A stretch of DNA of 64,000 bases from Atractiella rhizophila (Eukaryota): positions 1 to 64,000 of the forward strand of contig MU271250.1 of NCBI GenBank assembly GCA_021432655.1, read 5' to 3'. Under the pieces are notes generated by a model that saw nothing but the letters and a program-made list of their open reading frames with translations, was not told where the DNA came from and made no database searches. Position numbers and translations under genes: made by a program. Position 1 is the first letter of the stretch. The number at the start of each line of letters is the position of its first letter. This document shows, one piece after another, positions 49,355-63,368 of this stretch.

Positions 49355-50942
49355 TGTCAGGCTTGCCCCTACGTATTACCGAAATGCACCATCTGAAGTC
49401 ACATGACCCACTCTACCACAGCATGGCATCACGTGCCTACCTGTCACCGCTTTGCTCATACCCACGCTGTCCGCCGCTTTCCCCTTTCTCATACGAATCG
49501 CCGCTCAACAAACCTTATACATTTCGCTGGTCTGCACCATCCCCATTTTCGCCTTATCATCCTTTCTCACTAGTACTGCTCAGTATATCTTATTTCCGAG
49601 TATTCCCTTTATTGCTTTCCTGTTCTAGTTATCTTACATGTTCAAGAAACATACATTACAGTTTATGGCAGTGCCTTTACATATGTATATATACATCAAG
49701 ATGTAGTGATGGTGACCTTAGAGTATTCTCTTAGGTTTACCTCCACTACAGACGCATCGCCCATCAGCGACTGCACATAGTGACAGCCCTAACAGAAGAA
49801 TTCTCTTTCTCCTTTTCAAAATCAAACTTAAAAATGTTGGAGGTTTGGGGAGATATGGAAATGCGCGAACTGCCAACAAGTGAAGAACGCATCCATCACT
49901 TGGAAAAGATGTTCAAGACCTCATAACAAGTTTCAACCAACAAAATATGCCAACCTCCCAGAATGCGAACGAGATTGCGCAACTGAGGTCCGACGTTCAA
50001 AACATAAACGACCGAATTTTACATTTACTGGACTCCAGACTACCCCCTCCTAGGGACAGTGGAACCACTTCCCCCTTTATATCACGAACAGACCCAATAC
50101 CTCAAACTTACTCTCCCCATCTATACCTCAAACTGCCCAAGCAGCACCATATGCAGGTATCACACTTGCTCCACCTTCAATCTTCAAAGGAGTGCCTAAC
50201 ACAGCTCTGACATTTTTATGGGAAATTTACGTCTACACCTCTACTGTTCTAGGCCAATTCCCGACCAAAAAATCAAAAATCCTATTTACCCTCTCTTACA
50301 TGAAAGAAGGCAATGCGGAAAATTTCCCCGCTGGGATTTTGCGCCGGCTTGTCAAAAACAAGGAACAAATTTCGTGGGAACAATTGTTGTCGGAGTTCAA
50401 TCACACTTCTGCAAAACAGACCACAAACTTATTGCACAGACGAAACTGTCTTCCCTCCAGCAAAAGGGAATCCTAGAATCCTACATCATCAAGTTTGAAG
50501 AATTGGCAAACCAGACTGACTTTGATGATGAGGCTCTTATTTTCTTCTAGAAACGAGGACTCAATCCTGCCCTACATCTTAAAGTAACCCAAGGAGAGTT
50601 CCCGAAATCGCTAGAAGAATGGAAAGAAAAACCTCAGCAAATTGATGCGGAAGAATCTGCACATTCAACCTTCTTTCAAAACATCCCACTGGTGAAAGAC
50701 GGGCCCCAAAATACGTTTTCCGCAAAGAGAGACAGCTCGAAATTGACAAAACACAGAGAGAGCAGAACACCCATATTGTATCGACCAAGTGCCGCTTTGC
50801 CGCCAATGGCCAATCCGTCACCAAACGTTGCTACACACTCACAGAGCCAAAGACCCTGATGACATGGAAGGTGATGCAACAAAATCTAGACCCCCCCATT
50901 GCAGGCCATGCCAAAAGATGGGACACCGGGAAAGAGATTGTC
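49355..50942 (+). mobile_element. Gypsy fragment: LTR (49355-49794), decayed PBS and frameshifted gag
   Basis: Same family as 9622-11445. This LTR has only one 22-nt repeat (49730-49751). Confidence 0.92.
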
Positions 50943-52296
50943 CGAAAGACATGGGAGAAGATATTGGATCAGTCAAGCCACCCTCAACAGTATGATCTGG
51001 CCATTTGTTTGGCAGAAAAGTGAGGAGACGAAACCTGGAACGGTGATTGGCTGGATGACTTTGACAAAGATTGCACCGCTCCATCGCATGGCATCTTTTG
51101 CCCCAATGATTGGGAATGCGTGAGTTTCTTGGTTAGGCCACTCAGGTACAGTCTTAACAAAATTGCAGATATCAAGCATGTTGTTTCCCTTTTAGCATGA
51201 CTGAAAGGAGCAGCTGACGACTGCGATTTTTGTGATGGTTACAGAGGAAAGGATACGGAAAGGAAGCGCTGACTTGGTTGCTGGAGCAAGCGTTCGTACG
51301 GTGCAACTGCCACAAAGTGATCGGTAACACGTTTTCATGGAACGAAGGCGCACTGGCGCTTTATAAGAGCTTGGGGTTCAAGGTTGAAGGAGTACAACCA
51401 GAACATTGGTGGCACAAGGGTCAATGGGTCGATGATATCGGGCTGTGAGCTCTTAAACATTTTCCTCGCCCATGACTGACCGTGAGCAGGGGACTGTTGG
51501 AAAAGAACTGGAGGGCGGCGCACAATGGGAAGTAATAAGACGTGCTGTTGTGTCCAACAAGTGATTTTCATAATTAGTGAAACCAGTCCCAATGTGAGGT
51601 GGAATATGGACGAAAATCCGTCAGGCGCTAAGTAACTTGTATGCTGTCAACCATTAGAAAGAGAGTTGAGGCCAGTGAGAAATAAAATCAATTAATCAAG
51701 CTTCTAGACCCCAGTAGCGATGCCCTTGAATCACAACCCAGGATGTTTTTAGTTTTAAACCATTCTCATTCCTCTCTCTACGCTATGCCATTGGCCTTCA
51801 CTTCCCGCTCCGTTATCTCTGGTCAGAATGTTGTTTCCGAGTACTAGTAAACTATGAAGGTAAAAGCTATTACACACAATAGGTTTGGGAGCGAATTCCA
51901 TTGGGGTATTAACCCACTTCTCTTTCTTTTCATAGATTTGTTTATTCTTTTTCTCTCTGAGCCCAATGCCGAGATGAACTCTGTTCTCATTTATGGTGCA
52001 GAGCTTTGAATTTTATGTGTCAATGTACCCAATTCTTTACTCGGTCTGTGGTAAATAGCGAAGCAGAAATTGAATATGATGTTCACATCTATGCTCAGCG
52101 TGCCTCCTACTGAACGTGCGACATGCTACTGTCGAATGAGGTTGTGGAGACGGTGAGAAGCAAAGAACACACCAAAACAAATGCGAACATTACGACGGCG
52201 CTTGATTTAGCGGGTCCAACTTATGAACTTACCACTAGATAGCCGTACGCTGTGCGTCCAATCTTGCAGTTTGTTGCCCATCGAGACACCGTAGGC

Positions 52297-55200
52297 TGTG
52301 CGCTGGACCTGGTCCACAGCGGATGGTGGTCAAATCGCTGTGGAACCAGAACATAACCTAACCCCTAAGTGTAGAATGGAGGGGACCGAGTGAACCAGAG
52401 AGCTCATGCTCTCACACCCCCCCTCACTCGGTGCCCAAAGAAACCAGCACCAGAAAACCCCAAAAGTAAAGTAGAATGATGGTGAAGTATTAATGAGAAG
52501 CAGACACCCTGTATTGAAAGTAAACGAAAGACCAATTCAACTGGATAGCAAAGAAGTGTCAATACGGGAAGGTAACGAACTAGAATGGTAATGAAATTTA
52601 ACAAATCTGACAGCACAAATGAACGTGACTATCTATGTATGATGTATATCAATCCATTCAGGAATCCAGTAATCCTAAGTGAGAGCATAATTTCCAGTGT
52701 TGCAAGTGCGATATGCCCTTCGTCATCACATGCCCTATCATCTCCTGTTTTGGTATCCACGTCAGTACCACCTCACCTTTATTGACTCTTTCGCAGGTAA
52801 AATGATAGTGAACGTCAACATGTTTCGTCCTGCTGTGGTTAGAAGGGTGTTTGGCCAAAGTGAGGGCTCCTTGGTTGTTGCCTTTGATCGTCGTAGGTGC
52901 ATTCTGAGGGAAACCTAGCTCAGTCAGCAACGCCCGTAACAAAATAGCCTCTCTGGCTGCCGATGATAGTGCTATGTATTCTGCTTCCGTATATGAGATC
53001 GCTACGGTCGGTTGCATCTTGGATATCCAAGAAATCGCAGATCTCCCCAGTCTGAACACAATCCCTGAGATTGATCTCCTGGAATCAACATCAGACGCAT
53101 GGTCGGAATCAGAGAAGCCTTCTATTGAAGTGGAGCCTGTACTGTCCCAAATCAGTCTAAAATGCAAAGTTGCAGCAAGATATCTGAAGATCCTCTGCAC
53201 ATATGCCCAATGTCAACGACCAGGATTTGAGTTGAATCGAGCTGCATGATTGACCGCGAACAGTATGTCTGGTCTGGTGTTTACTGCCACATATATCAGT
53301 GCCCCAACTGCCTCTCTGTACGGCTTCTTCTGCATGTACTCACGTTCTTCATCTGAATCAGGCGCCCAATCTTTCAATACCTTCTCATCTACATCGCAGG
53401 GAGTCTTGACGTGACTGCAATCAGTCATACGAAAACGCTCAAGACACTTCTTGATGTAACTCTCCTGATCTAAAGCTACAATGCTGTTAGTCTCGTCCCA
53501 AACTATCCTCATCCCCAAGAAGTTACCAACGGAAGACGTGGTGATCCTGAACTTTGGCCGAAGTAAATCGAACAATATGCCAATCAAGTTGCGGGACGAA
53601 GCAGCAACCAATCCGTCATCTACATGAAGGCAGATGATCGTCACCTCTTCCCCCGCCTTCTTGATATACACCCCATGATCCGCGTCGGTCCTGACATAGC
53701 CGTGTCGCATAAGGAAGGTGTGAAGCGTGTCGTTCCAACCCTTTCCTGCCTGTCGTAGTCTGTAAAGTGTTTTTCGCAACCTGAACACTTTCGAAGGCGA
53801 ATCGGGTCCGCAAACATTTGAGGCTGCTGTAAGTACACTTCCTCCTTCAAATCCCCATGGAGGAATGCATTGCTGACATCAAATTGTGCGAACGCCCATC
53901 ATTGCGATGCGGCGAGGGAAAGAACAGTACGAACCGAGGACATATGGACAGTAGGAGCATATGTCTCCTTGAAATCTTGCCTTGCCACCTGTCTGTCGCC
54001 TCTCGCAACGAGCCTCGCTTTATATTTGACGATATTGCCATCTAAGTCCCTTTTTATCAGTAAAACCCACTTACATCCTATTGAGCACTTTCCATGCGGC
54101 AACTCAACCAAATCGTCTTCCCAAGTCCCCACGGCGCAAAGAGGAGCCATCTCCGCTTGAATCACAGTCCACCACTCATCTGCATGAGGCCCACCTAACG
54201 CCTGTTTAAACGTAGGCTCATCTAAATTACTGTTCCACCCTACTCCTGTCGCGAATACTTCCCATTTCCTTACACCAATCCTATTATCTGTGAGCGCTGA
54301 TTGGTTCGAGGCCCTCAAAGCTGCATTCATCTCCCTTGCAGCAACTGATGGATTGAAATCTCGTAAGCCTGGCTGGAAGTGTGCGTTGAGATGGAAAGCC
54401 AATGGGCGTCTCAAAGTAGACAGAGGTTGCAGCGTATGTGGTTGTGGGTGTTGAAGACCGGATCTATCCCCTAGAGTGTTGTCAGGTTGTGGAAGACCAC
54501 TGTTCAAAGCCCGATAATCGATCCTAGGGATATCCCGCCTGGTGCGCAAGGGTAATGGGTAAGGATTAGGAGAGTGGTTCGGAACCCTCTTACGAGGGAT
54601 GCGAGTCCGTGGGAGGGGTGGTTGCTCGTCACTAGCTTTTGGTGTTTCTCGGCCATCGCCATCGTCATGTCCGCTTGTCTGCCCTGCAGGCGATAAGTCT
54701 ATCGGTGGATAGAGCGGTCTAACTGATGGATCAGATGTAGGTTGCATCCTCACCATTTCTATGGGAGGTGGTATTATCGCATTCGTATCTGGTATTCGGA
54801 CAGGAACATTGTCAGCAAGGTAATCAAAATCCGAGGGCATGAACTCGTTAAGCGACCAGCTGGTCAATTTTACCGTTTCCTCCTCCTGCCTGTCCTTGTA
54901 AAATTGATCTTCAAACCACTTTACCTCCTTCGATTCCACAAAGCGCCTCTGTTGCGGGACCCAGAATAACCACCCCTTCTTCCCTTCCAAGTACCCAACG
55001 AAGTACCCCAAGATCCCTCTTGCATGAAGCTTCGAGATCTGTTTTTCTTTGGGGACATGTATAACTGCAAGACATCCAAAAGTACGGAGGTGCGATACAT
55101 CCGGCGTTTTCCCAGTCCATGATGATTCCAGACATTTCCACGACCCATGCGAGAACATCGGAAGACGATTAAGTGTGTAGACTGCAAACTGCACTGCTTT

Positions 55201-58200
55201 CTCCCAAAAGGATAAAGGTAGACCGGATTCAAACAAAATCGTTTGTGCAACATCAAACAAAGTATACCATCGCCTCTCAATGAAACCCATCTGATTGTGA
55301 ATATAAGGAATTGAGGTCTCATGAGATAGACCATTTTGACGAATAAAAGATTTGAATTGGACAGACTGAAACTCTCCGCCATTGTCGCTTCGGACAATCT
55401 TCACTTTGACGTTGTAACGCCGCTCAGTCTCCAAGATCCAGCTCTTCAGAACCATCGCAGCCCCAGACTTGGCTCGAAGGGGAATCCACCATAGTCTGGC
55501 TGTGGATCCCTCGATGTCCCCAGACCATAACACACACCGGAGTGCATCAAAGCAACCGGGGCAGGTCCCCATAAGTCACAGTCTATCCGTTCACCTATTG
55601 TGTACGAAGTCGACGTAGTGACTTCCCGATTCGGACAGGCTTTCGACTTCCCAGCCGCACATGATGTGCATGGATTTAACTTGGTCGAATTGCAATCAAA
55701 GCCCGTCACCCACTTCCCAGTACACAATTCCCTCCATCTCTTCGACCCTATATGGCCGAGACGTGCGTGCCAGGTCTGAGCAGTCGTAGCTGCATAAGCC
55801 GAGATGGGATTGTGAGTTGTGTACTCCTTCGCAGGTAAGGGAGGGGCACTTACCTCCAGCTCAATCTGCCTCTCGCCAAATTTCGCCATCCCAAAGTGCA
55901 GGCCGTTTTCGCGTGTGAACTTGATCCCACGCTTCATTAAGTCGAGTTGTGAGATCAAAGTCACACCAAGACCCGGGACATAGAGGCTAGTCCCGAAGTC
56001 CGCTTGCATGATTTCGCGACCTTGGACGTCTTCGAGGAGCGGTCATACACGTCCAGTGTGTGTCGCGAAACCTCCGCTGCCAAATGCACCACTGACAAAG
56101 AGAGGAGGATGGAGTGGATGAAGATCTTCGAATAGCTCGGTGGAGCCTGACATGGATACAGTTGCAGCAGAATCAACATACGATGGTAGAGAAACTATGT
56201 CAACACCGGGGACGTCATGGGAGAGGAATCGATGGGCCTATCTGGGATAGCAGCATCGTAGGTGGAGGTCTGTGAGGAAGAGGCAGTCGATCGGGGTCGG
56301 GAAACATCTTCTGAGAAAACCCGATGAGGAGACTTTGCCGCTGCGACATTTGCCGCAACATCAACAGGAAGTCGTCTGTCCACAACACAAATCGGAAAAC
56401 AAATTGAAGAAATCAAATGAGAAGGTAATTGGTAATGATGAAAATTTTGATAATAAGATGAAAAGTCAGTGGAATAAGATACTGGTGCAGGAAAAGAGGA
56501 ATCAGAACCATTTTCAAAACGGCATTTTTCATAAGAAGTATGATGTGAAGGGGAAACAAGGAGTGAATCAACATGATTTGAAATCTTAGGTGAAACGAAG
56601 AACACAGAGTGTCTGGGATTAGCAGTAGCCGGTGAAGGTGTCCGCATGGGGTCATCGTGCGAGTGGTCAGGGTCTTGAAGGAATTCGAATGCAATGTACT
56701 GCTCATCCGTATACGTGGCCAAAGCTTCCTCGAACGATTTCTCACCATCAACTGCATATGCAGCTTTCGAGAGGAAGTGTGGTTCGTTTTCTGGTACCGG
56801 ATTTTCAGCAGTATATCCCAGAATGTAGAGAGGGTGTTCTTCCGGTTGTCCGCTGACAGAGGGTTGAGGAATCTCCCATCTACATTGTTCTTACGCTGCC
56901 TGAACAAAGGATGGCCAATATGCAACATCCCCTTCAGTTACTAGCTTCCCGTTCAGATCCCCATCAAATCTCCCATCTGGCCCAGGGTTAAGTTGGTCAC
57001 GATGAGAATGAGGAACCCGAGGGTTAATAAGATATGCTGTAGCAGAGCTTGTGGGATTCGCTATCAGCGTTGTTGAAGGAGTCCGAAAGAATGTTGGGGC
57101 CATGTCCGTGCGGATTTTAATTCCAAAATCACGAAAAGGTTGTAGACGGGTACGTTCTTAATCCTTTTCCGGAATCTTGCAGGATCGTGCAAGGTGACCT
57201 CTCGAAGGCAATAAACACATTGGTCTTGTCCAACTACAAAATGACCGGATGGAGAAATTGAGCCTGGCCAATTCTGAAGTCCTTCATAGTCCCAGGCCCG
57301 GGATCCAAAGGAATCACGATTGGGATTAGAAAAAACAGGTCGAGAGAACCGAGGGTATCTCTCAGAGACAATGCCTTGTGGAGGAGCTGGTACACTGTAA
57401 GTGTCTGAACATCGTCATTCAATCGGAGGGAGATCATGTTGGATGATCTTGGTTCGAGATGGCAAAAACGGAGCAATGGATCGTACATTTCCAGGAGGCA
57501 TAGGAGTGTCGTCATAGGAAAGGAGCCGTGGACCCATGGCCGGAGAACGCTGATTCCTGGAGGTTTGGACGTTGTACCTGCGGGAATTCATAATCCTAGT
57601 GCAACCCATCGGAGGATAATGTTGATCGAGCCCAGTTGCAAACGCAGTAACACTCCGTGCTCGTGAGAGGGAGGTATTCCCGTTCAACATCTCATCGTCC
57701 AGTTGGTGTCGTACTCCACGAGAACGGGCCGCATCCTTCAAGCGTTCGAAGCACATCGCCAAATTGTTACGAGGTACTTTCGATTCATCCAATGCCACAT
57801 CCCTCCACTCTGCGTCTAGAGCATTTACGAAAATTAAGAAATGAACTGGTTCCGATACCACATATTGTGAGTCTGCTGCTAGAAGGGCCGTATAAGCGTT
57901 GTTCCACATGGTGATAAATTCTGCCATGGATTGGCATCCCGAGTTCACTTGAGATAGTTTGGCAAAGTTGTCCCAGGCTGAGTGGGCGATGATGGAGTGA
58001 GATGTACCATAAACGGAGCAGAGCTTCGCAACAATCGATGATGCGAGTTCTTCATCTGGAGCAATTTCATTGTGAGCTGAAAGGTCAACGTTCACACGGA
58101 GAACAGCAACTGCGTTGGCATTCCCAGCATCACATTCAATCACATTCATCTCCCATGCTCTCTTCGCAGCTTCCGATGCGTAGTCTCCAGGATAAATCAG

Positions 58201-58900
58201 CTTCTGACGGATAAATCCATCCTCCGGTCTTTGATCAAGGCAATATCGATAAACTTTGAGACTCTTGAGCCCCGGGACGATCGCTTTCCACCAGCGTTCG
58301 AATCCAACTCTCGAAATTGGAGGTACATTGTCAATGACATGGTTTCCACCACCGCCATACATAGGCATTCCCGGTCCCTCCATTGGGGTATAAGAAGAAG
58401 AAGAAGATGCGGACGTAGTCAAAGGTTCAGTCGCTGTAGAAATGGCTGGAGAAGGAAAACATGTCAGTGATGGTTCGTCAGGTACGTTGAGATTTAGCTG
58501 ATTGTTGATATGAGGAGGTTGATCATGGCCGTCCAATGGAGTGGGGTACCGTTGTGACATCGGAAGAGAGGATGAAAAAAAATGATTATCAGGATGGATC
58601 CGGATTCCTATCCGGCTCTCGCCATCATGTGCGCTGGACCTGGTCCACAGCGGATGGTGGTCAAATCGCTGTATACAATGCAATGAACTCCCTACCTGGT
58701 CCACAGCGGATGGTGGTCAAATCACTGTGGAACCAGAACATGACCCTAACCCTAAGTGTAGTCCATTGTACATCTGTTAGGCTTATCACTGATAAAATGT
58801 ATATTTATTAATTTTATAGTACCTAAAAGCTTTAGGAGTTTCCAGCATATAGTGGAAGAATGGAGGGGACCGAGTGAACCAGAGAGCTCATGCTCTCACA
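52297..58900 (-). mobile_element. Full-length but decayed Ty1/Copia element (LTRs 58628-58900 and 52297-52416)
   Basis: Gag, PR VDSAATVSM, WHARLGH...CTSC, IN VRSDNGGEF, RT LHVDD and RH FSDSDHA. PBS TGATGGCGAGAG, PPT at 52417-52427, TSD TAGGC/AAGGC (4 of 5 match). Several frameshifts. Confidence 0.95.
58762..58856. mobile_element. 95-bp MITE-like insertion in the Copia 5' LTR
   Basis: Absent from the 3' LTR. Imperfect TIRs TCCATTGTA/TATAGTGGA, with the flanking AG duplicated. Confidence 0.5.
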
Positions 58901-59849
58901 AAGGCGTCAACTTGGCAGAACACACACCAGAGACATCAGGATTGCCAACTTCGCCGTTTCAATGCTTTGAGTCCACATGCCCCATGGTCTTGTCTTAATC
59001 AACTCTCTACTATACTATTGTGATAAATTGGATCAGAGTTCGCTTGAACGAAAGGGAAATCCTTCGCATAAAATTCACTCTTGAGCAGTGAGACGGTTGT
59101 TGCTGAACCTGACACTTCAGGCTTCATGCTTCTCTCGCACTGAGCAGCAGCCATCCACCACAACCGCACAAGCCTTAACAAACGAGAAACTGAATCTCGC
59201 ACCGTCTCTGTTAAAGTGCCACCAATTGATGATGCCGAGATATACTGATTGCCATAATGCATAACATGGAAACGGGACATGTCGCTCCTCTCTTCTCTCC
59301 ACCGCTCCCCTCTCCCCAAAGCACACCCCTGCGTCCCAGTCCTCACGTAAGCTACAACCCCACGGCTATCCGGCATCCACGCACCTCTTCTTAGATATTG
59401 AGCTTTGTCCTCCTCCAATGCCTCCTCTTTTGGTTGTACTGAACTTTGGTTCTGCGTTACCGACCAGACAACAATCAACGCCGCCTACTGATCAGAGATG
59501 AAAACGCACTCTCGTTTAAGACGGAACCATTGAGGGATCGGGCGGTTCTGCTTTAACTTCTTCCCCAAAATCCTCTTCGTGCGGAATGATTTCTGGGACG
59601 GCTACAAGACATCCACACCCATCAATCGCTATCTCTAAGGGGAGAGAGCACTTACCATCTCGAAAAGATTGACAACGACGGCGAAAGAGGTCTTGTTCAA
59701 AAAGCACGAGCCACAACACCGGCCGCTGTTCTTGCCAAACAGACCAGAAGACCGGACGGAGTTACAACTTTTCTGGTTCTGATTGTAATCTCAGCTCGAA
59801 GATCCTCCAGACATTTTGCAGCTCCTTTGGGAAGACAAAACGAAGCAAC

Positions 59850-62083
59850 ATGTCGACCCCCGTCCTCGTGATGAACACTGCGCCTGAGCGACAGACAGGC
59901 CGTAAGGCTCAAATCTCTAATATTCAGGCAGCAAAAGTAGTGGTGCGTCTTTCCTTCTTCACCAGTTGATCATCAAGTCGAAGTAACCTTTGCATCATGG
60001 AAGGCGGACGTAATACGAACATGTTTGGGCCCTCGTGCTATGCTGAAAATGATTCTCGATCCCATGGGCGGCATCCAGCTGACGAACGATGGAAACTCGA
60101 TATTGAGGGAGATCGAGGTTGCCCATCCCGCTGCAAAGAGTATGATCGAGCTTTCAAGGACGCAGGATGAGGAAGTGGGTGACGGAACTACCAGTGTTAT
60201 TATTCTGGGTGCGTTTTCTTCTCGCACAATCGGGTAACAGTTAGGAGAGACGCGTTTGGCGTATTTAATGCCTTTCGATTTCAACCTCGCTTTCGGAGGA
60301 CTGCTTGATATATGCAACTGTGCATTGGCATAAATAGCTTTACGATCACATGCATGATGGACGCCAAAAGGTGATGAGGTTATTGACTTCAATATTTATC
60401 CACCCAACATAACTGCCAGCTAGGAACAATACAATGGAATGACAAAGAGGGAATACTGATCCGTCCTGTTACTAGCTGGGGAGATCCTTGCCCAGACCCT
60501 CCCTTACATCGAACGGTCCATCCACCCTGTCCTTATCATCCGGTCCTTCAAGATTGCTCTCACAGAAGCTTTGTCAATAATCAACCGTGTTTCCGTTCCC
60601 ATCGACCCCAAAAACGAAGAGCAGATGCTGTCTCTGATCAAGACTTCGATCGGCACAAAGTTCGTTGGACGATGGAGTGATTTGATGTGCTCATTGGCTT
60701 TGAAGAGCGTGAAGACTGTGTGGAGCGAAGAAAGTGGAAGGCGAGAAGTGGATATCAAGCGATATGTGAGGGTGGAAAAAGTGCCGGGTGGAGAAATTGA
60801 GGATTCTGTGGTTCTGGACGGAGTGATGATCAACAAGGGTATCTTTCTTGGTTCTTTCTTTACAAAACATGAACTGACAAATAGCCAGACATCACGCACC
60901 CTGCGATGCGACGGCGGATAGAGAACCCTCGAATCATTCTTTTAGACTGCACATTAGAGTATAAGAAAGGCGAATCACAAACTGATATCGAAATCGTGGA
61001 TGTGAATCAGTGGAATCGGGCACTCAGTATTGAGGAAGAACAGATCGACCAGCTGTGCGCGAAGATTATTGAATTCAAACCTGATATTGTCATCACAGAA
61101 AAGGGAGTCTCTGGTACGTTGTCACCTTAACCATCCATTCGCCTCCATCTGAATGTTGCGGTAGACCGTGCCCAAGCCAACTTCGTTAAGGCCAACATAA
61201 CAGCTCTCCGCCGTGTGCGAAAGACAGATAACAACCGTATCGCGCGTGCAGTGGGAGCTACGATTGTGAATCGGGTGGAGGACCTGCGGGAAGCGGACGT
61301 TGGAAAGGATTGCGGGCTTTTCTACATTGATAAAATTGGGGATGAGTGCGTTGTTCTCTATCTCATTCCAATCCACTAATTCAGGCGACTACGACAGGTA
61401 TTTCACTTTCATCGTGAAATGCAAAAACCCCAAAGCCTGCACCATCCTTCTTCGCGGCCCTTCCAAAGATATCCTACAAGAGATAGACCGCAATCTGGCA
61501 GACGCCATGGCAGTGGCACGTAACGTAGTTTTCGACCCACGTCTCGTTCCTGGAGGTGGTGCTACCGAGATGGCGATTGCGGTTGGACTGGCAAAGAAGG
61601 CGAGGAGCATTGAAGGAGTGGAGGGATGGCCAATCCGAGCAGTTAGTGAGGCAATGGAGGTCATTCCAAGGACGCTCATCCAAAACGCTGGCGGTCACGC
61701 TATTCGGGGACTGACTGCTCTCAGGGTACGCTCTCCTTTCCTCTCCTGATTGAGATTGATTGGATGCTGGACGAAAGGCGAAACAAGCCAGCGGAGAACA
61801 TTTTGCTGGGATCGATGGAGAGACGGGGAAGATAACAGATATGCGAGAATACGGACTGATGGAGTCTGCGGCTGTGAAAGTGCAGACTATCAAGACGGCT
61901 ATCGAGTCGGCATGCCTGCTTTTACGGGTCGATGAGTGACGTCGTTTATTCCTTTCTTGAATATTACTGATGAGATTTCGTAACAGTATTGTCAGCGCAA
62001 AGCGACAAAAGGACAGAGGCAGCGGAGGAGATATGGGAAGTGGACCAGGCATGGGAGATGGAGACCAAGATCAAGAACAGTGA
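59850..62083 (+). CDS. CCT3: T-complex protein 1 subunit gamma (TRiC/CCT chaperonin)
   Basis: MSTPVLVMN...[11 protein letters not shown]...[13 protein letters not shown]...EYKKGESQT...[12 protein letters not shown]...PGGGATEMA. Multi-exon, apparently intact. Confidence 0.95.
60209..60475 (+). ncRNA. Candidate intron-hosted structured RNA (snoRNA-like) in CCT3 intron 2
   Basis: 267-nt intron against about 50 nt for its neighbours. Nested stems, GTGATGA and ACA motifs. Confidence 0.35.
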
Positions 62084-63368
62084 AATAAAATGTAACTATT
62101 ATCAACATCACTCGCTCCGGATGAGGTATGAAAACTCGGGAGTGTGCGATTCGTGGGGATGCCAATTTCGATGTGGCCATTATTATGATGAGGGGAGTTA
62201 TCAAGCAACCGAGGTACTACTAGACAGGTTTAAGCCCGTCCAAGTTTGAATGAGCAAACAAGACAGCAGGAAAGAGACTTTGCTACGCTTGTACCGTCGA
62301 GCTCAGCACTGCGCCTCTTCGTGATTGATCAGAAAGGTGTTTTATTCTTGCAACGCGATTGAATACGCAGAGTGGCCTGACCCGACATCCTGACGACCAT
62401 GCTGGGGCTCATGATCATGGAATGAACTGGAATAAAAACGCAGACCGTGATACTTTCTGCTTCTCCCCTTACGCTACCTATCCACTGTAACATTTGCACT
62501 CAAGTCACACCATTTCTGGTTGGTTTTGATGATGAAAGAAGGAGCTGTGATATGTGATTGGAAGGCCGATTACAGGCGAGATTGGACCAGGAAAGTGGAG
62601 ATTAAAGAGAATAGCAACGTCTGAGTCCCTTCTGTCCTTGAGTATGTCTTTGGGGCTTGTGACCGCTGTGGTTCGTAAAATTGGATTCGCCTTCCTTGGT
62701 TTTACATGGATAGGGAGGAGGAATTGTAGCAAGGGGAGGACGGCTGTAGCAACATGAGTATGAAAACTCGTATGTTGCGATACCAGCCGGAGTGCGCACT
62801 CTATAGAGGTGCAAGAGATATGAGGAACGATATGAAAGAAGCAGCGAGCAGGGAGGAAAGGGAGAATGATGACGCGATGAGAGGACTCTAGGCTGCCGTG
62901 TCGTGCCGTTAATCTTCCTCTATCGCGACCCGACAAGCAGCGACAAGCGATAGCTCTCCAGTCTCCTTCCGCCTTGCCTATTGTCATAGAAATGTTCTTG
63001 GCTGGATGAGACGGCCCTGGATTTGGACGGCACAAATGCCTAGCGCGTCAACCACCACGCTCTCGCAGCTCCTGCGGCCTTGCTGATTGATCCCGGCAGA
63101 ATTATCCGTTCTTGCCATAAAAGCTGTAGGCCTTCCCTTGTTCCTTTTCCCTAGCCCAGGTCTGGTTCCTCTCGCCTCAAAAAGAATCGCACTTCATTTC
63201 TCCTTCCTCCGTTCCAACGTTTACGAACGAGTTCCCAGGCTCAGGTTAGCTTGCTTGCTGTTCATTTCGAGTTTATAGCTCTAGGCTGGTACCCCATCGT
63301 CGTATTCACCTATTAACGTCTAAATCCACCTTCTTTATATTCTTCCTGAAATTCTTCACTTTTCAAAA

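Noticed and set aside
58999..59720. Possible gene divergent from CCT3
   Set aside because: It has an in-frame stop and no confident family match, so it cannot be supported.
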